This document shows, piece after piece, positions 9,525 through 19,467 of a stretch of DNA of 64,000 nucleotides. The notes under the pieces are model-generated. The model had not been told where the DNA came from. It did no database searches and worked only from the letters and a program-made list of their open reading frames with translations. Position numbers and translations under genes: made by a program. Source of the stretch: Escherichia phage myPSH2311. Within the stretch, counting starts at the first letter, position 1. Each line of letters opens with the position of its first letter. The stretch is from sequence record MG976803.1; one strand, given 5' to 3'.

Positions 9525-12482
9525 ATGGCTCTTTACCCAATAAAATCTTTGGGTGCGGTTGGTGTTATTGCCGACCAATCTCCTACAGATCTGGCTCCTA
9601 ATGCATTTACTAATGCAATTAATGCTCGGTTTGTAGAACAGCGTGTGTTTAAGACGGGGGGCTCTGCCCCTCTTTCTTACGTTGAAAGTGATAAAGAAAT
9701 AAGACCATTATCATTCACTTCAATGCCTTTTGACTACTTCAGTGCTAACAATAGTTTCTTACTGGTAGGTACAGATAAGAGTATTTTTAGATTAAATAAT
9801 GAATCTATGGTTGATGTTAGTCGAAGAGTGGCTACAGTCACCAAAAAAGCAGTATCTTATGTCAAGATAAACCCCGTACTAACAGAGATCGTCCCTAAAG
9901 AAACATCTGTTATTATGAATCTTAATGAAAGCAAGGTTCTCGAGGTATCTCTTCTTCCAGAAGGTGTTGTTACTCCATCCCTTGTGTGGGAGGTTAGTAA
10001 TCCCTCCTATGGTTCAATATTAGTTGACCCTGATGATAGTAAGAAAGCTACATTGAGTGTCTTATCTAATGAGGGTAGCTTTACTGTCACTGTCTCTAAT
10101 GAAGATGAATCTGTAACTACCAGTATCTCCGTAAAGGTTGTTGATTCTGATTCTGGTATCTTCCTTAACCGGGACTCTGTTCAACTTCGTAAAGGTGGAA
10201 CAACCACACTTACAGCAACAACCAGCAAGACCCCACTAACGTGGACTTCTTCTAACCCGTCCATTATATCTGTGGCGCCTAATGGTGACACTACTACAGC
10301 AATATTAACCGCTCAAGGAGTAGGTAATGCACTGATAACAGTAAGCAATGGGTCTAAAACCTCGGAATGCTCTGTTAGTGTTATCAATCAGATTGACAGT
10401 ATATCTTTAAGTCAAACAGATTTACAAATTAACCGTGGGACGTCATATGTCTTATACTCTAGTTTAATTCCATCAAATGCTGCAAATCAGAGAATAACTT
10501 GGACTTCCTCTAACCCAAATATCGCCACTGTTTCGGGAACAGGTCTTCAAGGAACTGTCTCTGGGTTAACTGCTGGGTTTACAGTTATAACAGCAACTAC
10601 GGAAGAAGGTGAAAGGACCGCCACCTGTAACGTCAGGGTTGAGTTATCAAGTAGGGCCCTTTTTTCTGCTGCATCAGCTCCTTCTGAAGAACCTAGTTCT
10701 ACGGATTCAGATATTGACACCTCATCTATGTCAGAGGGCAATGCTTTTTATGACTATTCTATGGTTGATGGTGTTGAAGCCTATTCTATAAATGAAGTCA
10801 TGTCTAGGTCAACTCAGCTTGAATCCTTAACTCTTGACATTGTGGATACTGAAATTGATGTTGGAGATGAGTTAGTAATAACTGCAACGGCATTCCCTGA
10901 AGGGGAGTACCTTTATAATTGGGTGGTAGATCAGCCGGGGTATATATCCTCTACTTCCACTACCGACTCTTCCTTTACCTTAACTGCTATTAAGACTGGC
11001 AAAGTGAAGATAACCTGCACTGCTAGTCAAGTAGCTCGTAGAGACTATGAAGCATTTGAGGAGTATCCTTGGTATAATACGATTATCTCTAACTGCGCAG
11101 TATTCACTACTCACTACGAAACCCCTCAAGTAAAAGAGTTTGCCTCTGAGTATTTCACAGATCTTCCGGGGTGGGGTGAGCAGACAATAGTAGATGCTAA
11201 TGGGAACCCTTCTGTTGTAAAATATAACTGGAAGTGCGAAAGGATTCGTGCATTTAATAATCGTCTATTTGCTCTTAATATGCGAGAGTCTAATGCATCA
11301 GGAGTTACTACTCACTACCCTCTTCGACTTCGCTGGTCTAACTATGCTAATGAGAATAAGGCACCTACTTTATGGGATGATTTTGCTTATGATAGATATG
11401 TGACTTCAGATTTAGCAGCAAATGTTGTAGGTCAAACTGAGGCTCTAGAAAATGGATATGCCGGATACATAGATTTAGCTGACTCAAACGGTAGCTTAGT
11501 CGAAATTCTTCCTCTTAAGGATTATCTATTTATCTATACGGAGTTTGAGACTTACATTGGATCCCCAACTAACAACACATATCAACCTCTAATGTTCAAG
11601 AAGCTCTTCAACGACTCTGGAATCTTAGCACCTGAGTGTGTAGTTGAAGTTGAGAGCGGACATTTCGTGGTCACTCAGAATGATGTTATTCTACACAATG
11701 GTGCAACCAAGAAGTCTATTGCATCTAACAGGGTCAAGAATATGCTTATCAACGAAGTGTGTTTAGTAAACCCTTTGGCTACTAAAGTTCATCTTCACCA
11801 AGACAAGAAGGAAGTGTGGATTCTTTATGTAGGACCCGGAGAACCTGCTGGGAGCTTTGCTTGTACGAAAGCCGCTGTATGGAACTATGAGTTTGATACG
11901 TGGTCTTTCCGTACAATCCCATTCTCTCATTGTATTGGTTTAGTCGATCCTCCTACTTTAGAGAAAGGTCCTACTTGGGTTGATTTCCAAGAGTACACTT
12001 GGGATGACCCTTCAATCAGTGAACTTGTGTGGAGAAAGGATTCTACTAACTTCCGTCAGAGAGTTACTGTAGTAGGTTCTTGGATGAAAGGTTTTTACCA
12101 AGTGGACATAGGTCCTTATGACTACTCTTATGATAGGCTGAATGATATTGTTGTCAAAAAGCCCCTAGAGATGAGACTGGAAAGAACTGGTATAGATTTT
12201 GACAACGTAACTAATGAATGGAATCAAAAGCACATAAACCGATTCCGTCCACAAGTAACCGGGTCAGGTACGTACATATTCCAAGCTGGTGGTAGTCAGT
12301 ATTCGGATCAAGAGGATAGGCATATTCATAGTGAAAAGTCTTATACAATTGGTGTGGACAGACATGTAGGTGTCCGACTGAACCATCCGTATCTATTCTA
12401 TAATGTTATAGATAATGATGTTAACAGTAATGCAGCAATCAATGGTCTAACTATTGAGTTTGCTGTTGGCGGGCGAAGATAA
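9525..12482 (+). CDS. Large tail/virion protein with three tandem Ig-like (Big_2) domains
   Basis: 985 aa; repeated ~90-aa segments with W(T/E)SSNP...TA motif between residues ~120-370. Confidence 0.45.
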   Translation: MALYPIKSLGAVGVIADQSPTDLAPNAFTNAINARFVEQRVFKTGGSAPLSYVESDKEIRPLSFTSMPFDYFSANNSFLLVGTDKSIFRLNNESMVDVSRRVATVTKKAVSYVKINPVLTEIVPKETSVIMNLNESKVLEVSLLPEGVVTPSLVWEVSNPSYGSILVDPDDSKKATLSVLSNEGSFTVTVSNEDESVTTSISVKVVDSDSGIFLNRDSVQLRKGGTTTLTATTSKTPLTWTSSNPSIISVAPNGDTTTAILTAQGVGNALITVSNGSKTSECSVSVINQIDSISLSQTDLQINRGTSYVLYSSLIPSNAANQRITWTSSNPNIATVSGTGLQGTVSGLTAGFTVITATTEEGERTATCNVRVELSSRALFSAASAPSEEPSSTDSDIDTSSMSEGNAFYDYSMVDGVEAYSINEVMSRSTQLESLTLDIVDTEIDVGDELVITATAFPEGEYLYNWVVDQPGYISSTSTTDSSFTLTAIKTGKVKITCTASQVARRDYEAFEEYPWYNTIISNCAVFTTHYETPQVKEFASEYFTDLPGWGEQTIVDANGNPSVVKYNWKCERIRAFNNRLFALNMRESNASGVTTHYPLRLRWSNYANENKAPTLWDDFAYDRYVTSDLAANVVGQTEALENGYAGYIDLADSNGSLVEILPLKDYLFIYTEFETYIGSPTNNTYQPLMFKKLFNDSGILAPECVVEVESGHFVVTQNDVILHNGATKKSIASNRVKNMLINEVCLVNPLATKVHLHQDKKEVWILYVGPGEPAGSFACTKAAVWNYEFDTWSFRTIPFSHCIGLVDPPTLEKGPTWVDFQEYTWDDPSISELVWRKDSTNFRQRVTVVGSWMKGFYQVDIGPYDYSYDRLNDIVVKKPLEMRLERTGIDFDNVTNEWNQKHINRFRPQVTGSGTYIFQAGGSQYSDQEDRHIHSEKSYTIGVDRHVGVRLNHPYLFYNVIDNDVNSNAAINGLTIEFAVGGRR

Positions 12483-12488
12483 TACTAA

Positions 12489-12514
12489 GGGAGCTTCGTG
12501 CTCCCTTTTCTTGT
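12489..12514 (+). terminator. Rho-independent terminator
   Basis: GGGAGC-TTCGT-GCTCCC hairpin followed by TTTTCTTGTTT. Confidence 0.6.
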
Positions 12515-12532
12515 TTATTATAAGGAGGGTCT

Positions 12533-13501
12533 ATGGGTGCTGGTGGCTTTCGTAAGAATACCGGAAGAAACAACACAACACAACCTTATAGTGTGGGCTT
12601 TCTAAACACCTCTGAGAGTGTAGAAACCAATAACGTTGCAATATATGATGAACTCCAGAACATTAGCACTGCAACCAATCAAATGTTCCAAGCTATAGAT
12701 GAAATCCACGAGGAGATTGATGTTCGTATTAAAGCTCTTCATGCTATGAATTTGCAATTCGATGAATTAGAGAACCGTGTTACAACAGAGATTGAGACTG
12801 CCATTGCAGATATCATAACACAAATGGGTAATCTATCCACTGATGATATTTGGGATAACTCTGTTCAGCCTCCTGTTAAGTTAGATTCAACTATGTCTGG
12901 TATTAAGACTTCTATAGAAGGCAATACAGCATCTATTCAAACTGTCGAAGGCATTGTCAATGATCAAGGACAAGAGATTGCCCTTATTCAGTCTGATTTA
13001 ACTAACGGGACAGGTAGTGCTTCTCAATATATGAAACTCACTGAATATGAAGCTACTTGGGGAGTAAATTCCACAGTAAATGGAAAGACAGCAGGAGTAA
13101 AACTGACAAATAATGGTTCTGTAAGCCAATTCCAAGTCACAGCTGATAAGTTTGTGGTATCTGATGGCACATCAGGAAGTACTCCCTTCAAGGTTGAGAA
13201 TGGAAGGGCTGTTATGGAGTTTGCTGATATTACTAATGTCAATATTACAACAGCTCAAATAGCAACAGCTAGGATTGAATGGGCACAGATTGATAATGTT
13301 AGTATAACAAATGCACAAATCACAAGTCTCTCCGCTGATAAGATAACGGCTGGGTCTATGTCAGGGACTAATTGGCGTCTTACAGTTGGCGGTGACTTTG
13401 TTTTAGGTGGAACAGGTGGTGCACAATTATGGATGAATGGAAACAGAATAGATTTCTACGACGGAAGTGGTGCTCTAAGAATTAGAATAGGGAGTTGGTA
13501 A
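12533..13501 (+). CDS. Tail fibre-like protein with short beta-helical repeats
   Basis: 322 aa; repeated ITTAQIATARIEWAQIDNVSITNAQITSLSADKITAG pattern. Confidence 0.35.
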   Translation: MGAGGFRKNTGRNNTTQPYSVGFLNTSESVETNNVAIYDELQNISTATNQMFQAIDEIHEEIDVRIKALHAMNLQFDELENRVTTEIETAIADIITQMGNLSTDDIWDNSVQPPVKLDSTMSGIKTSIEGNTASIQTVEGIVNDQGQEIALIQSDLTNGTGSASQYMKLTEYEATWGVNSTVNGKTAGVKLTNNGSVSQFQVTADKFVVSDGTSGSTPFKVENGRAVMEFADITNVNITTAQIATARIEWAQIDNVSITNAQITSLSADKITAGSMSGTNWRLTVGGDFVLGGTGGAQLWMNGNRIDFYDGSGALRIRIGSW

Positions 13502-13502
13502 T

Positions 13503-14534
13503 ATGGCATATGGAATATGGACACAACCAGTAGGGCCGGGGCCAGCAACCCCCGCTCCCTTGTTTATTGATAGCGGAAGTACTTTCCCTCAGTTCAAGAA
13601 TAGTATAAGAGGGAGCTTTAACTTTAATGGAGCTGGGAGATCTTTCCCTATTAGTGGATGGGATGGCAGTGGTCAGATAGTTATTGTTCCTACCGGTTCT
13701 TTATGCTGGCAATGGGAAGTCCCTCCTAACCTAGTTCCTGATGTTTATTGTGTGAATAATATCTATGTAGAAAACAACTCCTCTTTTAGAGTTACTCTGA
13801 ATCAGAACCCCGGTAGTAATCCACTATTCGATTGTGGGTTCAACGTATATCAAATATGGCCTAGAGCGGATAGGAATTATGGAATTACCTTTTCTAATAC
13901 AGCAGACTACTTCTCAATATCTGACAGTGGGGTCGTCGGTCAATGTATTTGGGCTTGGCAGGGGACCATAAACAATGCCCTTCAGATACCAAATATCGGT
14001 GGGTTCAATATGACCAATGCTGTTGTGTTTGCTAATTGGTCTGATGGAGGGGTAGGACTATCTTATACCTCTGATGACAGGGTTATTCGCGTCTATCAGA
14101 ACAGACCCTATGTCAACGGAAACACTAATGAAGGAGGGTCTGTCTTTGCGAGGGTTGCCGTATTCTGTAACGGAGCTGGTGTTCCTGAGCATAATGGAGG
14201 TTTGAATATTTACTCTCCGGGTACCACACAATGTGTCTTCTCTACTAACAGAACACCTTTCACTGTGGATACTTTTATAGGATCAGGAGGTGGTAACACG
14301 GGAATGTCATACCCCATGATACCTCTTACCTCTGGGATAGGTGCAATAAAAGGCCGAGGCAGTGGATGGAGATATCAGCAAATGAGATCTCACACAATGA
14401 GTGGTTCTACGATAGGAACTGGCTATGGAAGGTATTTGTTTCAGTGGGATCAAAATTACGACCTAGGAGCTGATACTGTAGTTAATTTATCAGTCCCTGT
14501 AATAAATGCAGCTAAGGTTTTTGCTGGACTATAA
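13503..14534 (+). CDS. Virion structural protein (G/N/S-rich)
   Basis: 343-aa ORF, ATGG overlap with preceding stop, structural context. Confidence 0.3.
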   Translation: MAYGIWTQPVGPGPATPAPLFIDSGSTFPQFKNSIRGSFNFNGAGRSFPISGWDGSGQIVIVPTGSLCWQWEVPPNLVPDVYCVNNIYVENNSSFRVTLNQNPGSNPLFDCGFNVYQIWPRADRNYGITFSNTADYFSISDSGVVGQCIWAWQGTINNALQIPNIGGFNMTNAVVFANWSDGGVGLSYTSDDRVIRVYQNRPYVNGNTNEGGSVFARVAVFCNGAGVPEHNGGLNIYSPGTTQCVFSTNRTPFTVDTFIGSGGGNTGMSYPMIPLTSGIGAIKGRGSGWRYQQMRSHTMSGSTIGTGYGRYLFQWDQNYDLGADTVVNLSVPVINAAKVFAGL

Positions 14535-14546
14535 CAAGGAGATATT

Positions 14547-15329
14547 ATGGCAATTAAAATGGGTATTGAAGAACTAGACCCAATGGTTCAACAGGCTTCA
14601 AAGAAGTATGGGATTCCTGCTGCTTTGATTCATGCTGTAATCCAAAGAGAGTCTAGTGGTCGTCCTACAGTAGCTTCTGGAACTGGTCCTGTAGGTTTAA
14701 TGCAAATCAGTAAAGGGTTGGCTAAAGACTACGGATATAAATTGGAAGATAGATTGGACCCAGCAAAGAATATTGATATGGGTGCTCGGTATATCAGAGA
14801 CAACCTAAAAGCTTTTAACGGTGACGTCAAGAAAGCAATGGTTGGTTATTCAGAAGGTATCGGCGGAGCTAAGCAAATGTTCGCTGGTAAAAGAGGGTTT
14901 ACTCCACAGGCTCTTGATTCAATGAACAATAAACACTTTCTTCCTTTCTATGGTGATGCAGCTTCTCAGATTGCTAACCCTATTGGAGCTTTGCAAGCTG
15001 TTCAACCAGTTAACCAGTTTAGTCCGGATACTCTTGATAGAGAGAAGGCTGCTCAAGCTCCGACTCAGGCAGAAATTGCTGCTTCTAAGACTGGTGCTTT
15101 AGGCGGCAATCCAGTAGAGTTTTACTCTGATGAAGCACAGGAAGGAGAAGATCAGAAGCCTCAACAGAACTTTGGTAATGCAGTATTAGGAGTAGCTGCT
15201 ATGCTTGCTGGTAAACCTCCTACTTCTCAAACAGTTCAGAGGGCAAGTGCACCACATGCAGCAGGTTCTCAGTACAGTCCACAAACACAAGCAGTGCTCA
15301 GACGTTTGGCTAGCATTGGTGTGAAGTAA
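14547..15329 (+). CDS. Lytic transglycosylase (SLT) domain protein, probable internal virion/ejection protein
   Basis: AVIQRESSGRPTVASGTGPVGLMQISKGLAKDYGY matches SLT catalytic-region pattern (E-S...GLMQ). Confidence 0.65.
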   Translation: MAIKMGIEELDPMVQQASKKYGIPAALIHAVIQRESSGRPTVASGTGPVGLMQISKGLAKDYGYKLEDRLDPAKNIDMGARYIRDNLKAFNGDVKKAMVGYSEGIGGAKQMFAGKRGFTPQALDSMNNKHFLPFYGDAASQIANPIGALQAVQPVNQFSPDTLDREKAAQAPTQAEIAASKTGALGGNPVEFYSDEAQEGEDQKPQQNFGNAVLGVAAMLAGKPPTSQTVQRASAPHAAGSQYSPQTQAVLRRLASIGVK

Positions 15330-15348
15330 TAATCGTTAAGGAGGACTT

Positions 15349-16401
15349 ATGTCTTTATTTGGAAAATCAGCTTCTAGCAAAACCACAGTGGCTCCTTCCT
15401 CTCAGGTTGATGCCCTGCTGAAGCAGATTGTTGCTAATGCTCAGAATATGCAGAACAACGATCAGGGTTTTATTTCCCAACAGCTGGCTGGGTTCAATGG
15501 CAACCAACAAGGTGCTCTGAATAACTTAGCAGCTTCCACAACTCAAAAACAATTGGCTAATATGTACACACCTCGTACACAGCAAGGATTGGACCAACTA
15601 AATGCTCTTGCCCAACAGTATCAGAATATTGTTAATAGTGGTGGAGTGACGGCTGAAGGGGTTAATAACTTTAGTAAAGGTTTGAATAACTCAGCTCTTG
15701 CACAAGCTACTAGCAAAGCAGCTTCTAATGTCTCTCTTGGTAATGGCTCTGACTCTGGCTCTCTCCGTAGGGCTGCGGCTCAAGGGGCTGCTTTGAATGG
15801 TGCTAACACTAACCTGTCTCGTACTATCAGTGGCAAGAATATGGGGATCAGTGCTCTTCAACAAGACCAAAACTTCCAGAGAGGCTTACTTGGTGCTCAG
15901 TCAGGGTTAGCTGGACAGAATCTCAATCTTGGTGCTCAAGGTGTTCAGGCAACTCAACAGGCTATTCAGAATCAGCTCATGGCTGGTAATTTACAACAGC
16001 AGCAAGCTCAGGCTCAAGCTGATATCAATTGGCAGAACGCTATTGGCTCTCAGCAGTATGGATGGAATCAGCTTAACAACCAGCTTAATGTACTAAACAG
16101 TGTAAGTCCAATGGCTGGATACACAATTAAGAATGCTGCTCCGGGAGTTAATGTTGGACAGCAGCTCCTAGGTGCTGGTATCACTGGATTAGGTATTGCA
16201 GGTCGTATGGGTGCTTTCTCTCCTAATCAACAGACTCAGAATGCTTGGAGTTCCTATAACAACTCAGGTGGGCAATCTGGAATGGCTGGTCCTATGATTG
16301 GGGGTTCTAATCTTTCTCAACAGAGAGGTCAGTCTAACTGGTTATCCACAGCAGGTAGTAATATCTTAGGTGGTGTCTTAGGGGCATTTGGAGCAAACTA
16401 A
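15349..16401 (+). CDS. Q/N/G-rich virion protein
   Basis: 350 aa low-complexity; N-terminus MSLFG shared with next ORF (paralogues). Confidence 0.3.
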   Translation: MSLFGKSASSKTTVAPSSQVDALLKQIVANAQNMQNNDQGFISQQLAGFNGNQQGALNNLAASTTQKQLANMYTPRTQQGLDQLNALAQQYQNIVNSGGVTAEGVNNFSKGLNNSALAQATSKAASNVSLGNGSDSGSLRRAAAQGAALNGANTNLSRTISGKNMGISALQQDQNFQRGLLGAQSGLAGQNLNLGAQGVQATQQAIQNQLMAGNLQQQQAQAQADINWQNAIGSQQYGWNQLNNQLNVLNSVSPMAGYTIKNAAPGVNVGQQLLGAGITGLGIAGRMGAFSPNQQTQNAWSSYNNSGGQSGMAGPMIGGSNLSQQRGQSNWLSTAGSNILGGVLGAFGAN

Positions 16402-16413
16402 AGGAGAATATCT

Positions 16414-17382
16414 ATGTCACTTTTTGGTGGAGGCGGAAGTAAAACTACTTCCCAAATGATTCGTCCTGAATACATTCAACAGTATATTGACCAGCTTAAT
16501 AAGCAGATTGGTAATACCAGTTCAGGGGATTATGTTTATCGAGATAATGTAGGGTTTAATAATAACCAGACAGAGGCACTTAACAACTTAGCACAATCTG
16601 GTGCTCTAGGAACTCTCTCACAGCAGTATATGGATGCAGCAGGTCAAGGGTTAGGGTATCTAGATAATGCCTATAAAGGCTATCAGAGCCTCTCTGGACA
16701 AGGTGGGATTACTGGAGAACAGATTGGTGCTCTCGCTGGTCAATTATATGATGATGACGCTGTGCAAGCAGCCATTACAGCTAATAATGAACAAGTTCAA
16801 CAGAATCTAGCACGTAATGCTCTTCCTCAGTTAGCTCAGCAGTATGCTGGTCAGCAAGGTTCAGGTGCTCGTATGGCTAAATCTTTTGCCCAAGGTGATG
16901 CTCTGAATCAGATGCAAGGGCAAGCAACAGATATTACCAACAGTGCCTATAACTCGGCTATTAGTCAAGCTGAAAGCATTCTCTCTGGTAATAGACAGAA
17001 TCAGGCAGCTGCTCTCTCTGGTCTTTCTACTATTGGTTCTAACCTTTCTAACCTAGGTCAGCAGGGTGCTAATTTGTCTCAACAGCAAATGATGAATCAA
17101 TGGAATGCAGGATTGCAGCAACAACAGCAACAACAGAATGAATATGATAATGCCTACCAGAATGCTCAGAACGCAGCTAATTGGGGATGGCAAGATATCA
17201 ACAACCAACTCGGTGCAGCAGGTGTACTTAACGGTGCTCTCGGACAAACTACAACCACTAAAACCTCTGGTGGCAAAGGTGGTTTCCTTGGTGGAGCTAT
17301 GAGTGGTTCAGCAGCAGGCTCTTCCTTTGGGCCTTGGGGTGCATTAGCTGGGGGTCTAATCGGTGGGTTGGCTAGTACTTAA
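16414..17382 (+). CDS. Q/N/G-rich virion protein, paralogue of 15349-16401
   Basis: Shared MSLFG start and Q/N-rich composition, Gly-rich C-terminus. Confidence 0.3.
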   Translation: MSLFGGGGSKTTSQMIRPEYIQQYIDQLNKQIGNTSSGDYVYRDNVGFNNNQTEALNNLAQSGALGTLSQQYMDAAGQGLGYLDNAYKGYQSLSGQGGITGEQIGALAGQLYDDDAVQAAITANNEQVQQNLARNALPQLAQQYAGQQGSGARMAKSFAQGDALNQMQGQATDITNSAYNSAISQAESILSGNRQNQAAALSGLSTIGSNLSNLGQQGANLSQQQMMNQWNAGLQQQQQQQNEYDNAYQNAQNAANWGWQDINNQLGAAGVLNGALGQTTTTKTSGGKGGFLGGAMSGSAAGSSFGPWGALAGGLIGGLAST

Positions 17383-17395
17383 TTAGGAGATAAAT

Positions 17396-19045
17396 ATGCA
17401 ACAGACAACTTACGCTCAGGTCAGAAGTCGTGACCCGAGAAATACTTTCTATGGTGTTAATCCGGGAGCGGCTTCGGCCTCTCCTTATATGGCTAGACCC
17501 GTTCAGACAGCAGATATTTCTATGTATCAACGACCTGCTGTACCTGCTGGGTTATCTGCTCTTGTAGGTCAAACTTCAGTTGATTATCAGAATATGTTGA
17601 ATCCTGTTCAGAGTAATGGTCTTCCTTCTGACATTCCGAATGATGTACAACCTCAATCACAACAGGCTGTAACTCTTCCTGAGTTTGAGAACCAAGAAAC
17701 CATGCAAGCTGCTGGACTTTCTCCTTCTGCTATTCCTCAAGAATCAGAACCTCTTCCGGTAACACCTCCTACTAAACCGCTAGAAGCTGGTCCTATGGAG
17801 TTTACTCCTTCTCAGGTAGAACAGGCACAAGGTGTGATTAACACTCTTGCTCAAGGACAAGACACTGGTGATGGAATGGCTGCTGCTACTCGTGCTAAAG
17901 ATCAAGAGCGTGTTAACAACGATATCTTGCAAGTTGCGAAAGCTAAAGACCCTTCAGAAGCTTGGAACAAACTACAGAAAGAACCATTCTATCAGAACTC
18001 TAGTTTCTATACAGGTTTGATGGGTGTAGGTCTTTCCATTATGTCAGGTAAGTCTCCTATTGAAGCTTTCCAGATTGGTCAGGGAATGGCTAATCAGGAT
18101 GAGACTAAGAAGCAACTGGAAGCTAACCGTGATGCCTTGATTGAACAAGGCTTCTCTCAAGACTCGATCGCAGCTGCTATTGCTAACGGAGACCCGTCTC
18201 TACTGAAGATGAGAGCTGTAGACCCTGCTCAGAAAGAAGCGCTGTATGCTGCTCGTGAAGAACGACAAAATGCTGAATGGGATAGACGTCAACAGATTCA
18301 AGAGCAAACTATGCGTGAGCGTGCTGATGAAACTCGTCGTGCCGCTGAAGAAAGAGCTAACATGAACTTTGAACGTCAGAAAGAGTTGATTGGTTATCGT
18401 GATAAGGTTAAGGCTGAACGTGCTGAACAAGCTGCTCAGAGTTTTAACTTTAACCCGAAAGAAGTTCGTCTTGCTCAGAATACAGCTGAAGGTACGGTTG
18501 CTAAGCAGTGGGCAGAGAAAGGTGGCCTGTTTAACCAGTCTAACAAAGACTTGGATTTGGCTGATAAAGCTGTTAAGGATAAAGACTATCAGACAGCTCG
18601 TTCTGCTTACATGCAGGCTATCATGAACTCTGCAAGGGCTGAAATCGGTGCTACTCGTTCTCTTACCGAAGAAGACTTAGGGCACTTTGCAGAAGACCCA
18701 TCAATCTTCGTTCGTGTTGGCAACAAGTTTGCACTGAAATCTGGATGGCGTCCTACTGATTCTGCTCTTGCTTATGCTCGTAAGCAAGCTAACGTTGGTC
18801 ACACCTCTGCAATGAAAGGTGTTGCTGATGCTAAGAGAGCTACGATTGAAGCTTACATCGGTTCTGGTATGGATAAGAAGAGAGCTACTGCATTGGTTAA
18901 CCGTGCAATCCCTTCTGGTGGTTTCTATGACCCTCTAGGTGTTTTCTCTGAACAAGCAGAAGAAGCAGTTGGTGGTGCAGTAACCAATCCTAAGCTTAAT
19001 GGTGCTTTATCAGCTGTCGAAGACACTAGCTGGTTCACTCAATAA
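17396..19045 (+). CDS. Internal virion protein
   Basis: 549-aa ORF in structural operon; no recognisable catalytic motif. Confidence 0.3.
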   Translation: MQQTTYAQVRSRDPRNTFYGVNPGAASASPYMARPVQTADISMYQRPAVPAGLSALVGQTSVDYQNMLNPVQSNGLPSDIPNDVQPQSQQAVTLPEFENQETMQAAGLSPSAIPQESEPLPVTPPTKPLEAGPMEFTPSQVEQAQGVINTLAQGQDTGDGMAAATRAKDQERVNNDILQVAKAKDPSEAWNKLQKEPFYQNSSFYTGLMGVGLSIMSGKSPIEAFQIGQGMANQDETKKQLEANRDALIEQGFSQDSIAAAIANGDPSLLKMRAVDPAQKEALYAAREERQNAEWDRRQQIQEQTMRERADETRRAAEERANMNFERQKELIGYRDKVKAERAEQAAQSFNFNPKEVRLAQNTAEGTVAKQWAEKGGLFNQSNKDLDLADKAVKDKDYQTARSAYMQAIMNSARAEIGATRSLTEEDLGHFAEDPSIFVRVGNKFALKSGWRPTDSALAYARKQANVGHTSAMKGVADAKRATIEAYIGSGMDKKRATALVNRAIPSGGFYDPLGVFSEQAEEAVGGAVTNPKLNGALSAVEDTSWFTQ

Positions 19046-19112
19046 GACCTAAGTCCTGCCTTCTATAATGTATATAGGGGGTAGGACATTTTTATTTATA
19101 AAAGGAGACGTT

Positions 19113-19460
19113 ATGGCTAACATTAAACCGTGGGAAGAAGCTTCCAAAGCTCCTGCGTATCTGAATGCCTCTCCGGAGCAACAAGCTCAAATGAGAGAAC
19201 AATATAAGGCAGCAGGTGGCTCTATTCCTGAGGAACAACCAGTAGCACAACCACAACAAGAAGAACGTGGTGCTATAGGTGAGTTTGCTCAAGGTGTGTC
19301 AAATGCTCTTCAATCTGGTGGTGCAAATATTGCAGCTAGTGCTGCTAAAGGTATTGGTGGTTTAGTTGAGATTGGTGAGAATCTAGCTGGAGCACAAACT
19401 AGTTATGGTAAGCGTATCCAAGAGAACTCTCAGAAAGTCAGTGTCATGAGTTGCTGGTGA
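19113..19460 (+). CDS. Small virion-associated protein
   Basis: ATG at 19113 preceded by AAAAGGAGA RBS (the longer ORF from 19068 lacks an RBS). Confidence 0.3.
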   Translation: MANIKPWEEASKAPAYLNASPEQQAQMREQYKAAGGSIPEEQPVAQPQQEERGAIGEFAQGVSNALQSGGANIAASAAKGIGGLVEIGENLAGAQTSYGKRIQENSQKVSVMSCW

Positions 19461-19467
19461 TATCGGT

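Noticed and set aside
9513-9527. Readthrough between ORFs 8712-9515 and 9525-12482, which share a frame
   Set aside because: The stop is TAA and is followed by a strong AAGGAGGA RBS and ATG, so these are ordinary adjacent genes.
19068-19112. Longer start for ORF 19068-19460
   Set aside because: ATG at 19113 has a good AAAAGGAGA RBS, whereas the upstream ATG lies in an A/T-rich terminator-like region without RBS.
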